From Rebecca billardiae RCC1528 (lineage: Eukaryota > Protista > Haptophyta): a stretch of DNA of 64,000 nt. A program made the translations under genes and the position numbers. Positions 11,764-23,282 of the stretch are shown here, piece after piece. Location of the stretch: NCBI GenBank assembly GCA_965240325.2, contig OZ251223.1, forward strand, positions 3,162,001 to 3,226,000. Reading direction: 5' to 3'. Below the pieces are notes generated by a model. It saw nothing but the letters and a program-made list of their open reading frames with translations, made no database searches and was not told the DNA's origin. The stretch's first letter is position 1. Every line of letters starts with the position of its first letter.

Positions 11764-14277
11764 ATGCTCCCACGACTCGCGCAACGCCGCCGCGCCGATT
11801 CGGAGGCATCGGCTCCGAACTCCCCCATGGCGCGCGGCAAGCCGGGCGAGCGCATGGTGGCAGCGCGCCCAGCGCTGTACGAGCTGACGCAGATGCAGGG
11901 CATCAAGGGGTTCGCTGTGTTCACGGCGTACTTTGCGCTCTATTTCGCGTTGCAGTCGGTGCGCGTCGACACCGAGTGGTCTCGCTACACGCTGAAGTGG
12001 TACATCGACGCGCAGGAGAGCTCAGCCACTGTGAGCGCGCTGGACGACGCGACGTGCAGCTCACTGGACACAGGCTTCTCCGGGGACGGGCGGAGCTGCT
12101 ACTGGCCGTATCTGGAGCTGCACAATGTGGACGACGTGGTCGAGTTCGTGGAGCACGGGCTCGCAACCGTGGTCTCGAACGTGCAGCGCGTGTGCCCCGG
12201 GTGCGACGTCGGCATCACCTCTTCCTCGCGCGACATGGAGCGGCTCAACCTCACTGACTTTGCGTGTGCTGACTTCGACTCGATCGTCGGGACGAACGAG
12301 TACCCGTCTCGAGACTGCGCGCGCGCGGATGCCGAGTGGGCGGCTCACCCGACGGTGTTCGACGCCCCGTGCTGCGAGAACCCGACGCTGGTGCGAGCGT
12401 CCATCGTGATGATGGCCCGGCACCGGCTGAACGGCACTCGCTCCGCGCAGAGCGTGGGGGAGCTCACCGGGCCGAACCGCTCGCACATCGGCTCGCGGCA
12501 CTTCGTGACGCAGGCGATCGAGGACCACAACTTCGTCGTGCAGGTTGTCATCTCGCGCGCGCAGCGCATGGTGGGCATCGAGCACCACTGCCGCTGGGTC
12601 TCGAAGGAATGGGCGCCGGGCCGTGTCGCGACGCGGACGTCATTCTGGTCCTTCCGCTTTGACAACCGCGCACAGCAGCGGCTGCTGGCCGCCCTCACCG
12701 CCGTCGCCGCGGCCGTCAGCGCGGCGCACGAGGTGGTCAAGCTGTGGACGCACCACCCCACCGTGGCATCGATGGCGCGGCGGCTGTGTGAGCCGTACAT
12801 GCTCATCTTCGTCATCCCCTCGTTTGTGCTGCCCGCGCTGGCCGAGGTGATGGCCGGCACCATGAGCGTCTCCGCGTGGACGCTGTGGGCAGGGTTGAAC
12901 GAGCTCCTCATGTTCGTGCGCTGCTTCCACGAAGGGCACGTGCTGGCGCCCTTCAGGGTGATTGTCCTCACGCTCAGCAACGCGGCGGGGCAGCTCGTCT
13001 CGTTCTCCGCGGTCGTCTTTGGCGCGATCGTCGTGATCGCCGCGGTGAGCAACCAGCTTTTCGGCGTTTGGAGCGACGACTACGGCGACCTGTCCGAGGC
13101 GGTCACGCGCGTCTTCAACCAGTTCACGATCGGCGCCGAGGTGGACGAGCGCGCGCTGCTGTTCAGCCCTCATGCGGCGCTGCTGATGCACTACGTGACG
13201 AACCTCTTCCTCTTCCTCATCGTCAGCCAGTTCTTCATCGCGATTGTCGTCGGCAGCTTTGACGCCACGCGCACCATCGAGCTCGAGCACACGCGGGATC
13301 GGATGGTGCCGCCAGGCTACGTACCCGCCTCGCGCCCCCCGGGCATCGTGCAGCAGTGCGCGCGCGGGCTGCGCTATTTCGTCACGTACCGTGTGCATGG
13401 CACGTGGGCGCCGGTGCTCATCCGCCGCCTCGACGCCGCCATCCGCCGCGTGGACCTCGTGCACGGCGGCGAGGGGGAGCACCCGGTGATGCTCTCGGTC
13501 GATGAGCTGATCGCCGCTGTCGGGGAGCCCGCCGCGCGCATGCTGATCAAGGAGTACGGCGTGGTCCGCGACATGCAGCTCCGGTCCCCCGACGCCGCAC
13601 ATGTCACCAGCATCATCGATGCGGCGTTGCGCGCTCGGAGGCTCTCGTCACCGCGCGCCACCACGGGCGAGTTCCCTCCGTACGGTCTCGAACACAGACG
13701 GGCGCATGCCCGCGCTTTCGGAGCGCGCTGGGGAGCGGGGCCCTCGCCGCCAATGACCGCGCGCTCTCAGCCGCCATGGATGGGGCAGCCGGTGGCGACG
13801 GCGACCACGTCGCACAGGCGATGGAACGCGGACCACGATGCCCATGCCATTGAGCTGCCGAGCGAGGCACGCAGCCCCGCGCGGCAGCAGCCTGGAGCTG
13901 CTGCGATGCCACCTGCGTCCAGTTCCCGCTCTCCATCGCCGGGACGCCCGACGCGCGAAGCCGCCGATGCTCGCCGCTCGCCGCACGCACAGCCTGGTGC
14001 ATCGCAAAGCTTGGCGACCTCGCCCGCTCCGAGCAGCGATGTCTACTTCGATTCTGCCGCAGATGACGACGACAACTTCTATCGGCGTGCAGCACGGCAG
14101 CCGGTCGATGTGTCATCGCCGTCGTCACCGCCATCTATGCCATCCACATCGCTGCCATCGTCGACCGCCACTACCGAATCTCGCAGCACTCCGGCCCGGC
14201 CCCCGGTTGTTATCGTCGTCCGGGAGGAGACCGCCTGCTCTGCTGAGCCAGCGCATCATCGTGACCGCCAGCACTAG
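11764..14277 (+). CDS. Polycystin/PKD2-like (TRPP-type) cation channel
   Basis: 837-aa ORF: TM1 (GFAVFTAYFALYFAL), large Cys-containing extracellular loop, further TMs, and S5-pore-S6 pattern TLSNAAGQLVSF...QLFG...YGDLSEAVTRVF...FLIVSQFFIAIVVGSFD. Disordered S/P-rich tail. Start may be 11828. Confidence 0.75.
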   Translation: MLPRLAQRRRADSEASAPNSPMARGKPGERMVAARPALYELTQMQGIKGFAVFTAYFALYFALQSVRVDTEWSRYTLKWYIDAQESSATVSALDDATCSSLDTGFSGDGRSCYWPYLELHNVDDVVEFVEHGLATVVSNVQRVCPGCDVGITSSSRDMERLNLTDFACADFDSIVGTNEYPSRDCARADAEWAAHPTVFDAPCCENPTLVRASIVMMARHRLNGTRSAQSVGELTGPNRSHIGSRHFVTQAIEDHNFVVQVVISRAQRMVGIEHHCRWVSKEWAPGRVATRTSFWSFRFDNRAQQRLLAALTAVAAAVSAAHEVVKLWTHHPTVASMARRLCEPYMLIFVIPSFVLPALAEVMAGTMSVSAWTLWAGLNELLMFVRCFHEGHVLAPFRVIVLTLSNAAGQLVSFSAVVFGAIVVIAAVSNQLFGVWSDDYGDLSEAVTRVFNQFTIGAEVDERALLFSPHAALLMHYVTNLFLFLIVSQFFIAIVVGSFDATRTIELEHTRDRMVPPGYVPASRPPGIVQQCARGLRYFVTYRVHGTWAPVLIRRLDAAIRRVDLVHGGEGEHPVMLSVDELIAAVGEPAARMLIKEYGVVRDMQLRSPDAAHVTSIIDAALRARRLSSPRATTGEFPPYGLEHRRAHARAFGARWGAGPSPPMTARSQPPWMGQPVATATTSHRRWNADHDAHAIELPSEARSPARQQPGAAAMPPASSSRSPSPGRPTREAADARRSPHAQPGASQSLATSPAPSSDVYFDSAADDDDNFYRRAARQPVDVSSPSSPPSMPSTSLPSSTATTESRSTPARPPVVIVVREETACSAEPAHHRDRQH

Positions 14278-14626
14278 GAGTCAGCGCCAGATTGGTCATC
14301 CCCGCGCCGGGCCGGCCGCCAGGCCCCGTGGGTCTGGGACATCAGCTGTTGCCAGTTGGGTCGGCCTCGTCCTGACAGCCGGGTCCTGGCGAATGGCTCG
14401 TATTCGACAGTCGTTTCATCATCATCCGTTCGCGCGCGCGTTGCTGCTGCTTACACCGTTCATGACGAGTAATCAGAGAATCAGACTCAGAATTACGACT
14501 GTCGCGTCGTATAGCTTGATGCTGATATGAACAGATCGATGATATATGGGCCAATAATCATAATTCGCGTCATGGCGTCTTCGGACGACTCATCTGCGTG
14601 CAGTGAGTCGCGCGAGTCATCAGCGA

Positions 14627-15571
14627 TCACCATTCCCTCCCACGGCGCTCACCACCTGGCTGGGGCGTGTATCCTGCGGTCGCAGCGGCGGCGGCTGCGA
14701 CTTCGCGCGGTAGAGGCACCTCGTCGACCAATGGCTCGGGGGTGCACACGCGATCGAAGGCGGCGACGAACATGTTTCCATTGTTCCGAGTTACCTTCAT
14801 GCCCTCGTCTGTGCGCAGCAGGAGAGGCACAACAGGATCCGCCGCCAGCTGGTCATTGGGGACGCGGCGGAAAAGAGGGAAGCGGGTCAGATGCTCGACC
14901 ATCCAGTCGGTGAGCTCGCTCACGTCCGTGATCGTGTAGAGCCGAGCGCCGAGAGCCATGCAGTACGCATACTCGGCGAGCAACGTGGGCGAGACGGCGC
15001 GCTTCCTCACGTTGCGCTTCTTGAAGTGCGGATCTGGAAAGCAGATGAAGAGCTTCGTCAGCTGCCCTTTCTCGAAGAAGTTGGGCATGAACTTCATCGA
15101 GTTTGTCTCCACGGCCCACGCGTTGTCGCAGTCCGACAAGCGATGCTGTCTCTCCGCAGCGGGCAGGGCGGCTTTGGCCTCTCGGCGCGCCGCAATCACA
15201 CGCTTCTGCACGAACGTGGTCGGCTTCCGTCGGATCTCCATGCCCAGGACCAGCTCGTGTGGGGCGTGGCGGGCCAGCGCAAGGACGAGCGAGCCAAAGC
15301 CGCAGCCCAGATCGACCCAACGGATCGGCGGCGCCTCGCCAGACACCACGCGCGCCGGTCCATAGAAAGCCGGGTAGTAGTCAGCAAGAGGCACCTCGGC
15401 CGGGCGCGCGGGTCGCCACACGTGGTACCGCGCCAGAGGATTCAGGTGCGCACGCTGTCGGTGATCCGCCTTTTTGGGCCTGCTGTATCCTTCCTCGTCC
15501 TCATCGAGCTCCCCCACGTCCTCATCGGCCTCCTCGTCGTCCACGCGCGGCCGCTTCAGATCGACGTCCAT
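14627..15571 (-). CDS. TRM8: tRNA (guanine-N7)-methyltransferase catalytic subunit (Trm8/METTL1)
   Basis: HRQRAHLNPL, VDLGCGFG (SAM motif I), LGMEIR, NSMKFMPNFFEKGQLTKLFICFPDPHFK, LLAEYAY, YTITDVSEL, TDEGMKVTRN. Confidence 0.95.
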   Translation of the reverse strand: MDVDLKRPRVDDEEADEDVGELDEDEEGYSRPKKADHRQRAHLNPLARYHVWRPARPAEVPLADYYPAFYGPARVVSGEAPPIRWVDLGCGFGSLVLALARHAPHELVLGMEIRRKPTTFVQKRVIAARREAKAALPAAERQHRLSDCDNAWAVETNSMKFMPNFFEKGQLTKLFICFPDPHFKKRNVRKRAVSPTLLAEYAYCMALGARLYTITDVSELTDWMVEHLTRFPLFRRVPNDQLAADPVVPLLLRTDEGMKVTRNNGNMFVAAFDRVCTPEPLVDEVPLPREVAAAAAATAGYTPQPGGERRGREW

Positions 15572-16439
15572 CGTGACACGTGGCAGAGGGCTGTGGGAGA
15601 TGGGCCCGCAAAATCCGCGCGAAACTTGCCCGGATTTTTATATCCGCTGTCATTTTCGTCATCGTTTTTGCATCACAATTCGAACATGTCATCGATCTCC
15701 CTTTCTCATGACTCATCTCATCCCTTGCTCATCAGCGGCGCCGCCACTGCCGCTGCCGCGGGCGGCCGGGCCCCTGCGCGCATCACCGTCTGCTTGTCGC
15801 AGGCCGTCCCCGACCAGGAGGCGGCGGGAGGTTTCGTTCAGACTTCTAGTGAAGTGTCAGGCGTGTATGACGAGAGCAGTCGTATCACGTTCCGATGATT
15901 CGTCATCACGCGCACCAATCAGTCAACAAGCGGTCCTCGTCTTGGCACCGCCTCTCTAGCCTGGGCAGATCGTATATTGTATCCCGATGACATGAACATC
16001 AGCTGTTGAGGGGGGCTGCTGCGAGTCCCCTTGTTGCCGAGCTGGTTGCCTCGGGGGCATCGTCAGCTGGCGAGCCCGGCTGTGCCAGTGACCCCCGTTG
16101 ACGTTGTGAGCTCCGCGCGGGCGCCAGGCAAGTGAGGCGACTGAGGCGTGACTCGGCGGGCCGCCAGGCTGACCCACCAATAAATTCATTAAGTGAATAA
16201 AATAATAATAACCAACTGCGCAACATAATACCGTAGCTATACACTAATACAGTACACGGACACCCATGCATGACACTCGCCACCCGGGTCAGTTTGCACT
16301 GGCACTCGCAGTCACAGCCTCAGCAGGCCCAGTCTGATGCGCACGTAGTTCAGCGGCGGCCAGGACACGACTCAGGAGTCACGACCCCGGCCACATACTC
16401 AGCCGTGCGCGAGCTCAGCAGGAGCTCATCCGCTCGCGC

Positions 16440-18448
16440 TCAGAAGTCTGGCGTGTACAGGTACCTCAGCACCCACGGCATAGACACCTGCGTCATGAAG
16501 AGGAAGAAGGGGCCGAGAAGCGGGATGTTCATCATCTTGTCGAAGTCGATGAGCAGGTCGGAGCCGAGCTGCGCCAGGCCCTGGATGATGGCCGTGCGCA
16601 TGACACGGATGCGCGAGTAGCGGGCAAGGGCGGGCTCGACCTCGCGCGTGTGCGTGACCGAGCCGAGCTCCTCGACGAGGCGGAAGCCATCCTCGCACGA
16701 CTGGCAGCCGCCCTGCCCGAGGTTGGGCATCATCGGATGCGCCGCGTCGCCGGCGATGGCCACCGGCCCGTCCGACCACGGGTGCAGCCAGCGCGTCGGG
16801 TCGCGCAGCAGCGGCGCGCCGTCGTACAGGTCCCGACGCTTCACCTCGGACTCCGGCGTGGCGTTGATCAGCTCGAGGGCGAAGCTGTCCCACACGTCGC
16901 CGTTGGCGTCGCCCGGGGCCTGGTCGGTGAACTCCCGCCGCAGCCGGTCGAGCTTGGGCGTCGGGCAATCCGCCGTCGGCTCGCTGTCCTGCCCGCCCGG
17001 CGGCGTGCGGATGAGCGCAAACCACTGCTGCCGCTCGCCGCCCGCGTCGGTGGAGACGAAGTACTTGTCCTTGCCCAGCAGGATCTGGTACGAGACCTCC
17101 TCAATGTTGGACGCGCGGTGCTCGCATAGCGCGGCGTAGCACGTGAAGCCGGAGTACCGCCGCCGCGCCTTCTCCGCGATCGAGATGGTGTCGCGCGCCA
17201 CCTGCCGCTCCTCGGCGTTGTTGATGGCGCCGCCCGCCGCGCCGGACGCCGCAAAGCCCCCCGCCCCCTGCGGCGCGGCGCAGGGCGCGCGGGGCGGTGG
17301 CGCGGGTCGGCAGGCGGAGCGAGCGCGCGGGGCCGCGCGCGCCAGACCCAAGGCGCGCGCGAGGGCCGGGGCGGCGTACCTCGTCCAGCCCGAACATCTG
17401 CTTGCGCACGGACGACCAGATGCCGTCCGCTCCCACCAGCACGTCCGCGTACGCCACCGTGCCGTCCTCGAGCGTCACGCGCACGCCGCGGCCCTGCGCG
17501 ACCGGCGGCAGGGCGGCGAGGTGAGGTGACGGGCGGCACGGAGGGCGGGCGCGGTGGCGCGGTCGCGCACACGCCGTTCGAGTCGCCGGCCGCCCCCGCT
17601 CACGCGCGCACCTCGCCCAGGTTCTCGTACTTCGCGATGCGGCTGCGGATGCGCACGGTGCCCTGCGGGAAGCCGTGCTTGCAAAAGATCTGCTGGATCA
17701 CCGGCCGGTCGACGACGACGGTGGGGGAGAGACCAGCCTCCATGGCGGGGCCGACCGTGTCAAAGCGCACAAGCCAGTCGCCCTTGTCGTACTCCCCCGC
17801 GAGCACGTTCCCCGCGTCGTACCCGATCTTGAGCCCCGAGACGCGGTCGGCCGTGACCGTGCCCTTCTCGCGCAGCTCGTCGTACACCGTCGGGTTGATG
17901 CGCTGCAGGGCGCGCAGCGCGTTGGACTGGATCTGGATCGGCCCGCCATACGGCGCGTACGAGCTCGCCTGCTCGAAGAGCGCCACCTTCATCCCCTTGC
18001 TGTGGCACGCCGCCGCGACGATGAGGCCGGCGAGGCCGCCGCCCGCGACCAGCACGCGCAGAGGCTCGTCGCTCGTGAGCGCGCGCCCGCCCGCCGGGGT
18101 GGGCAGCGGCTCGCGCCACCACGCGTCCGCGTCGTCATCGGCCGTGACCATGCCGCGCGCATCGGCCATTGCGTTACGAGCCGTCTCGCGCACCCTGGCG
18201 ATGCGCTCGGGAGACTCGGGCTCGCGCTTGGGTGCGCGCGGGTCGCTGAGCACGCGCTTGATGTGCTCCGGTGTGTTGAGCTTGCGCGGGCTCACAGCCG
18301 AGGCGGCGGCCGTCTTGGGCCGATCGCCGATCACCATTCGCGCGGCGTGCTGTGTCGGGGCGCGCCTCGTGCGCAGCACGCGGGCCCCATCGCCGAGGGC
18401 CGCGCAGGCGCACAGCAGCAGCGACGTGAGGCGGATCGCAGGCGCCAT
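16440..18448 (-). CDS. ZEP: Zeaxanthin epoxidase family FAD monooxygenase, plastid-targeted; 3 exons, about 592 aa
   Basis: [67 protein letters not shown]. Introns 17494-17611 and 17268-17379 (both phase 0) restore the frame. N-terminal signal peptide plus Arg-rich transit-like segment; no FHA domain. Confidence 0.92.
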
Positions 18449-19385
18449 CCCCAGAAATGCACGCCCGTAATTAATTGTCGCGCCCGTCCTGGCCAATGAG
18501 CTTTGAGATCATGAGATCACCACGTGGTCCCTTGCTGCATCAAGGTCGTCATCAATTAGGTCGTTGGCTACCGAAGGTTCGGCCATGTTCGCGCGACGAC
18601 AGCGATGATGAGCGAAGAGCCGAACACCGACCGGCGAGTGATCGGTTGATCATGAATTCGCGTGCAGCAGAGAGAAAAGAATAGCCGTCGTCAACCGCGG
18701 GCTCGGACATGTCCACGAGCTGCTGGTCCTAGTTCAGTATGCCGCTATGGGTGGTCAGTGGACGAGTCTATCGAGTCTGCATCGGTTCACACAGTATATG
18801 AGCTGGCCCTCGGCCATCGGGCCTCGGCTGAGAGCCACGCCCTGATCGAGCTTCCCGTTGGGACACGAACACACGGGGTCAGGTTCAAACCCAGCCGTCG
18901 GCGAGCTCTTCCAGCTTGTTCGCCGACGGTGATCCGTCGATCAGGTGCACCTCGACACTTCGGCCTTTTGGCGAATCTGACGTTTGCTATTTAACGTCGA
19001 CCTAATCTCAGATGTGACGCCAAGGCATGTAGCTTATAGTATGCCCATCGTCAGACGTCACCCGCGCCATCACATCGGTCCGCCTCGGGGCCTGCCGACT
19101 CCGGAGGGCGTACTAATTCTATGATATTTAAAGACACAGGCACGAGGGCGCAGCTCTCCTGGTTCGTCTGTCGTGGTACTGGTCGAAGCTTGCAGCAGTG
19201 GCAGTGGTGTGAGCACGTTGATGTTGGTCGGCATGGTGCGGATGTTGTTGTCTGTCCGCGGTCGACGGCGTCACCGCGTCACTGTGACTCAGTCAGGCCC
19301 GTGCCAGGATAACTGGAAGTGCATGGGTACCAATAACCAAATCAAAGGCAGGTGAGCATGTTGGCGTCGGCAAGGCCGTCCCCTA

Positions 19386-19981
19386 CAGGTGGATACGGGT
19401 GATCTGGACAATGGCCGACCCACTACTCACGCGGAGGCCTCCCTGGGAGCATTGGGGTCGAAGGGGCGCCAGGGACGGACTTCAGGGGGTCCCTGGAGTT
19501 CCGCCGCAGCGCGCTTTCTGCGCTGCGGGCCCGTCTCCGCGCGTGGCGGCCGCAATGGCACTGTCCAATTAGCCCCTGGCACTGGCTGAGGCATGGGAAT
19601 CGAGCTCAGAGACGCGCGCGCGGAGGAAAAGCGTGTGCAGCGGCTCGGACGGTTGCTCTGGGACCTACCCACGCCAGCGCAACCGCGCCTTGCCTCGGAG
19701 TCCGCCCTTCCTGAGTCCGCGCACGCGCCTTGCGGCTTGAAACGCTGGCGTTCGCCCTCGTGCGCGGGACTCACGAAACAAGGCGAAGGCGGCGAGAAGC
19801 GCGACCTGGCGCGTGCGCAGACGACGTCTCACGACCAGGTGAGTTCAGCGAACATCGTGCGCCGTCGTGGCGACCCGCCAGTGGGCGCTCGTGCTCGTTC
19901 GCCCACGAGCCCTCGCCACGAGGCCCGCCGCCCGCTGAGTGTCCAGATAGCCCCTGTGTCCAGTTAGCCCGTATCCACCTG
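19386..19981. mobile_element. Tc1/mariner-superfamily MITE (596 bp)
   Basis: TA|CAGGTGGATACGGG...CCCGTATCCACCTG|TA: perfect 14-bp TIR extending imperfectly to about 26 bp, TA target duplication. Internal TGTCCA-x-x-TAGCCC repeats near 19562, 19940 and 19957. Confidence 0.85.
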
Positions 19982-20120
19982 TACTTGGTCAGCAGCTGGT
20001 GGTATGTGAGAGCAGTGCCAGATGGCAGACTATCTACTCTACTTAATCGTGTAAAATACGAGTACGGAAGAGGTGTGCCCGGAATACGAAAATGCCCACA
20101 ATTCGGTGTTTTCCCTATGA

Positions 20121-20239
20121 CAAACCACCGGTTCGGCTGTTTTTACTCGTCAAACCAACGGTTCGACGGTGTTTACTCCGAAACATCATCGGTTCGACGG
20201 GATTTACTCGTCAAACCATCGGTTCGGCATTTTTTACCC
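20121..20239 (+). repeat. Four imperfect tandem copies of an about 30-bp unit
   Basis: Unit like CAAACCA-x-CGGTTCG-x5-TTTACTCGT starting at 20121, 20151, 20180 and 20212, in an AT-richer patch. Confidence 0.8.
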
Positions 20240-20814
20240 AAGGTGCTTGCGGTTGGGACAGTCCTCGCACGTATTGGTCTCGACAAACAAGAATCGGAGT
20301 ACGCGTTTGTTGGCTTCGCGATGATTTTAACATGTTGATCGTTCGAGGGAAAAATCTTCTCGACGAAACATAGAGGGCCAATCAGGGTCCGTCGATCGAT
20401 TACAGCCGACGCGACTCAAGATAATAGGCGGCTCACTATTTGAACAGCAACCGCGATGATACTCGCTCGTCAAGAGGGGCCCGCTCCAAAGAAATAGAGG
20501 GGGCGCTCGGGCCAGGCTGACCGCCGTGACGGGAGGTCGAGATGCCACCGCGGGCGCCGCGGGGCTGCGACCGAGGGTGTGGACCGTCGGGGTGATGTGT
20601 GAGCAAGATGTTCACGCCCTGTCACCTGCAACTGTCGACGGCCGTCCTCCACCTGCACCTCGCCTGCACCTCACGACCGGGTGCCCGGATGACCGATCTG
20701 TAACGCTCGACGAGTGATCCCGACGGCTCGACGAGTGATCGAGTGATCCGCACGACGGGCGTCGCTTGCAACTGATCACGGCCGCTCTCCTGCCCGGCGC
20801 TCAGGAGGCGCACG

Positions 20815-21350
20815 CTTGATGCGTGTCCTGCGCGGTTGTCACCTAACGACCTGCCCCGGCGGTTGCAACTCTCTACATCTCTCGACGGAGTGGCGCGCCG
20901 CCGTCCGCGTTGCTCGACTGGATCTGCGCACCGGGCCTCGCCTGCAACTGTTTTGATGCGTGCCATGCCCTGCGCGGTTGGCACCTGGCTGCCTGCCCCT
21001 GCTGCTGCAACTCTCGACGGCGGCGCGCCGATCAGTGTTGCTCGACTGGATGTGCGCACCGGGCCTCGCCTGCAAGTGTTTACGGCCGTCCACCAGCCCT
21101 ACGGTCCGAGGCTCAGTCGGCGCGCGCGCTTGATGCGTGCCGTGCCCTGCGCGGTTGGCACCTGGCTGCCTGGCCCTGCTGCTGCCGAACTCTCGACGGC
21201 GGTGCGCCGAATCAGTGTTGCGCGACTGGATTACTGCGCACCGGGCGTCGCCTGCAAGTGTTCAGTACGGCCGTCCACCAGCCCTACATACACGGTGCGA
21301 GGCTCAGTAGACAGTAGGGGCGCGCGCTTGATGCGTGCCCTGCGCAGTTG
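20815..21350 (+). repeat. Degenerate tandem repeat, about 3 copies of a 140-200-bp unit
   Basis: Recurrent TTGATGCGTGCC..GCCCTGCGCGGTTGGCACCTGGCTGCCTG...CTCTCGACGGCGG...CGACTGGAT..TGCGCACCGGGC.TCGCCTGCAA blocks starting near 20816, 20953, 21130 and 21328. Confidence 0.85.
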
Positions 21351-22042
21351 TCAACGCAGGCTGCACCCGCCACCCGCCCCAGCGTCCGCAGCACTTGGGA
21401 CCGTGGCGGCAGCAGCTACCTTGACGAATGTGACGACCGCCAGCTGTCTTAGTAATAGTATGACACTGCGGCTGCCAGCTAACCATCAATCTGAGCAGTT
21501 CATTTAAGACGTCCTCAGGGCTGGCACGTGCGCACGGCGGCGTCGTCTGCATCAGCGAGTGCCGAGTCTGCAGCGCGCTGTCCGCACCCGGCTATCACCG
21601 TCTGAACGGGTGGTCGTGTGATTCGTGAAGCTGCCGCAGGCGTGCAGCGGCGGCTGCAACGGCACTCTCTAGTTATTTATTGATAATTGAACTTTGACTC
21701 GATGATCGAAATAATCATTCGTCTGAAAAAATATATCGACGATTCTAATATAATATCTCTGTCTGCTGATATGGCGCGGCATATCACCTCATGACCACGG
21801 GCACGCAGTGCGGGCCACACAGGCTCATCAGCCTCGATCAGGAAGCCTGGCAGCGCAAGCAAGCAAGACTGCGCAACGCCGCCTTGCGGCGGACGCCGCG
21901 GCCGCGGACGGGCGCGGACGGTCCTGCCATCAGCGCGCGATCATGCGATGCCCGATTCTGCCATCCGGCATGGTCATTCGGGAGGGGCGGACAAACGAAC
22001 CGTGAGAGCCGATGATGTGCGGGAATCGAGCGTGGGCTTGGT

Positions 22043-23032
22043 CTACTGCTCTGCACCTTCGGCGATGGCGCCGCCGGCGGCACCGACATCCGCGGCCGGC
22101 GGCGGAGCACCATTGGCCTGCTCGATGGGCACCGGTGGCGGGCGGGCCGCAGTGCGTGCCACGCGCTCGATGGACCAGCGGTTGTCCTCGTACTCGGGCT
22201 TGACGCCATAGCCCGTGATGTACCGCTTGCCTCGCTTCTCACCGGTCAGCTGGTGCACCACGCCCTTGGCGAGCACTGTCTGCGCGGTCACCACGTGCTC
22301 GACGCCAAATGCAGTGCGGATGCGCTCGTGCGTGCCCGCAACCCGCTTGCCCGACTGGCAATGGACGAGCACGATGGGTTCGCTGGCGTCCACAGGGTGG
22401 CGGAGAAGTCCGAGGCGCGCGTCCATGCGCGCCGGCAGAAGCGTGAAGACCGACGCGTACGTCGGCACGCCGTCCTCGCACACGCGCAGCGTGACACGCT
22501 GGTCGGACGACTGCGAGCCCTGGCCCGGCATCTGCGACGTGAGGCACGCGAGCACCTCGTCGTCGTGAAGGCCACCGGCGGTGGCCAGGACGATGCGATC
22601 GTCGTAACACACGGGCCCCTGCTTGCCCGTGAAGCTCAGCAGCCGAAAGGCTGTGCGTGCGACCCCACCAGCCTCGGCGGGCGCGCACGAGACAAACGCG
22701 TGATCACCCTCGAGGCCGACGGGCTTCTCAGACATGCTGAAGGCGAGGACGCCGTCGTTGTGCAGCGATCGGATGAGCACGATATCGCCGTAGTGCGGCG
22801 GTCCCTCCGGGTCCGCCGCCACGAGCTCCACTGGCGCCAGCTGGGGCATGAGCCTCGCACTGGTCGCGCTCAGGGCAAGCCTCCCGCGGTCGCGCTTGGC
22901 GACGTAGTCCTTGAGGCGTGTCTCCGTCGCGACGCGGTCCTCGCGCCAGTTGCCGACGAGAGTTTGCTGGGAGAAGCTGAGGTGACCCATCAGCTGCTGC
23001 GGCGTGAAGATGCTCTCCGGCCCGTCTGCCAT
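22043..23032 (-). CDS. CFAP161: Cilia- and flagella-associated protein 161-like (axonemal microtubule inner protein)
   Basis: TLVGNWREDR..LKDYVAKRDRGRL, HYGDIVLI, ARTAFRL, IVLVHCQSGKRV, TAFGVEHVVTAQT, NRWSI match recalled CFAP161/C15orf26 blocks; ATG at 23032. Confidence 0.8.
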   Translation of the reverse strand: MADGPESIFTPQQLMGHLSFSQQTLVGNWREDRVATETRLKDYVAKRDRGRLALSATSARLMPQLAPVELVAADPEGPPHYGDIVLIRSLHNDGVLAFSMSEKPVGLEGDHAFVSCAPAEAGGVARTAFRLLSFTGKQGPVCYDDRIVLATAGGLHDDEVLACLTSQMPGQGSQSSDQRVTLRVCEDGVPTYASVFTLLPARMDARLGLLRHPVDASEPIVLVHCQSGKRVAGTHERIRTAFGVEHVVTAQTVLAKGVVHQLTGEKRGKRYITGYGVKPEYEDNRWSIERVARTAARPPPVPIEQANGAPPPAADVGAAGGAIAEGAEQ

Positions 23033-23282
23033 GGTGCGCGCGAACGTGTGCTGCAACTTCACCCGGTGCGGCCGTGTAACACCCCTCGTCTTGAAACTGG
23101 CGCAGATATTCCGGTGTGCCAGCCGCGCGCCCGTTTCCGGACTGGGTGGCATCTGTTGATCAGGAACCGCTGGGCATGCCGCTTCGTGTTCTCACTCGTC
23201 AGGTGGGCCAAGCACCTTTGGAGATGACTGGTCGCGCCCGCCTCCTCACTCCGCTCTGAGCAGCACCAGGCGGACGGTCCTC

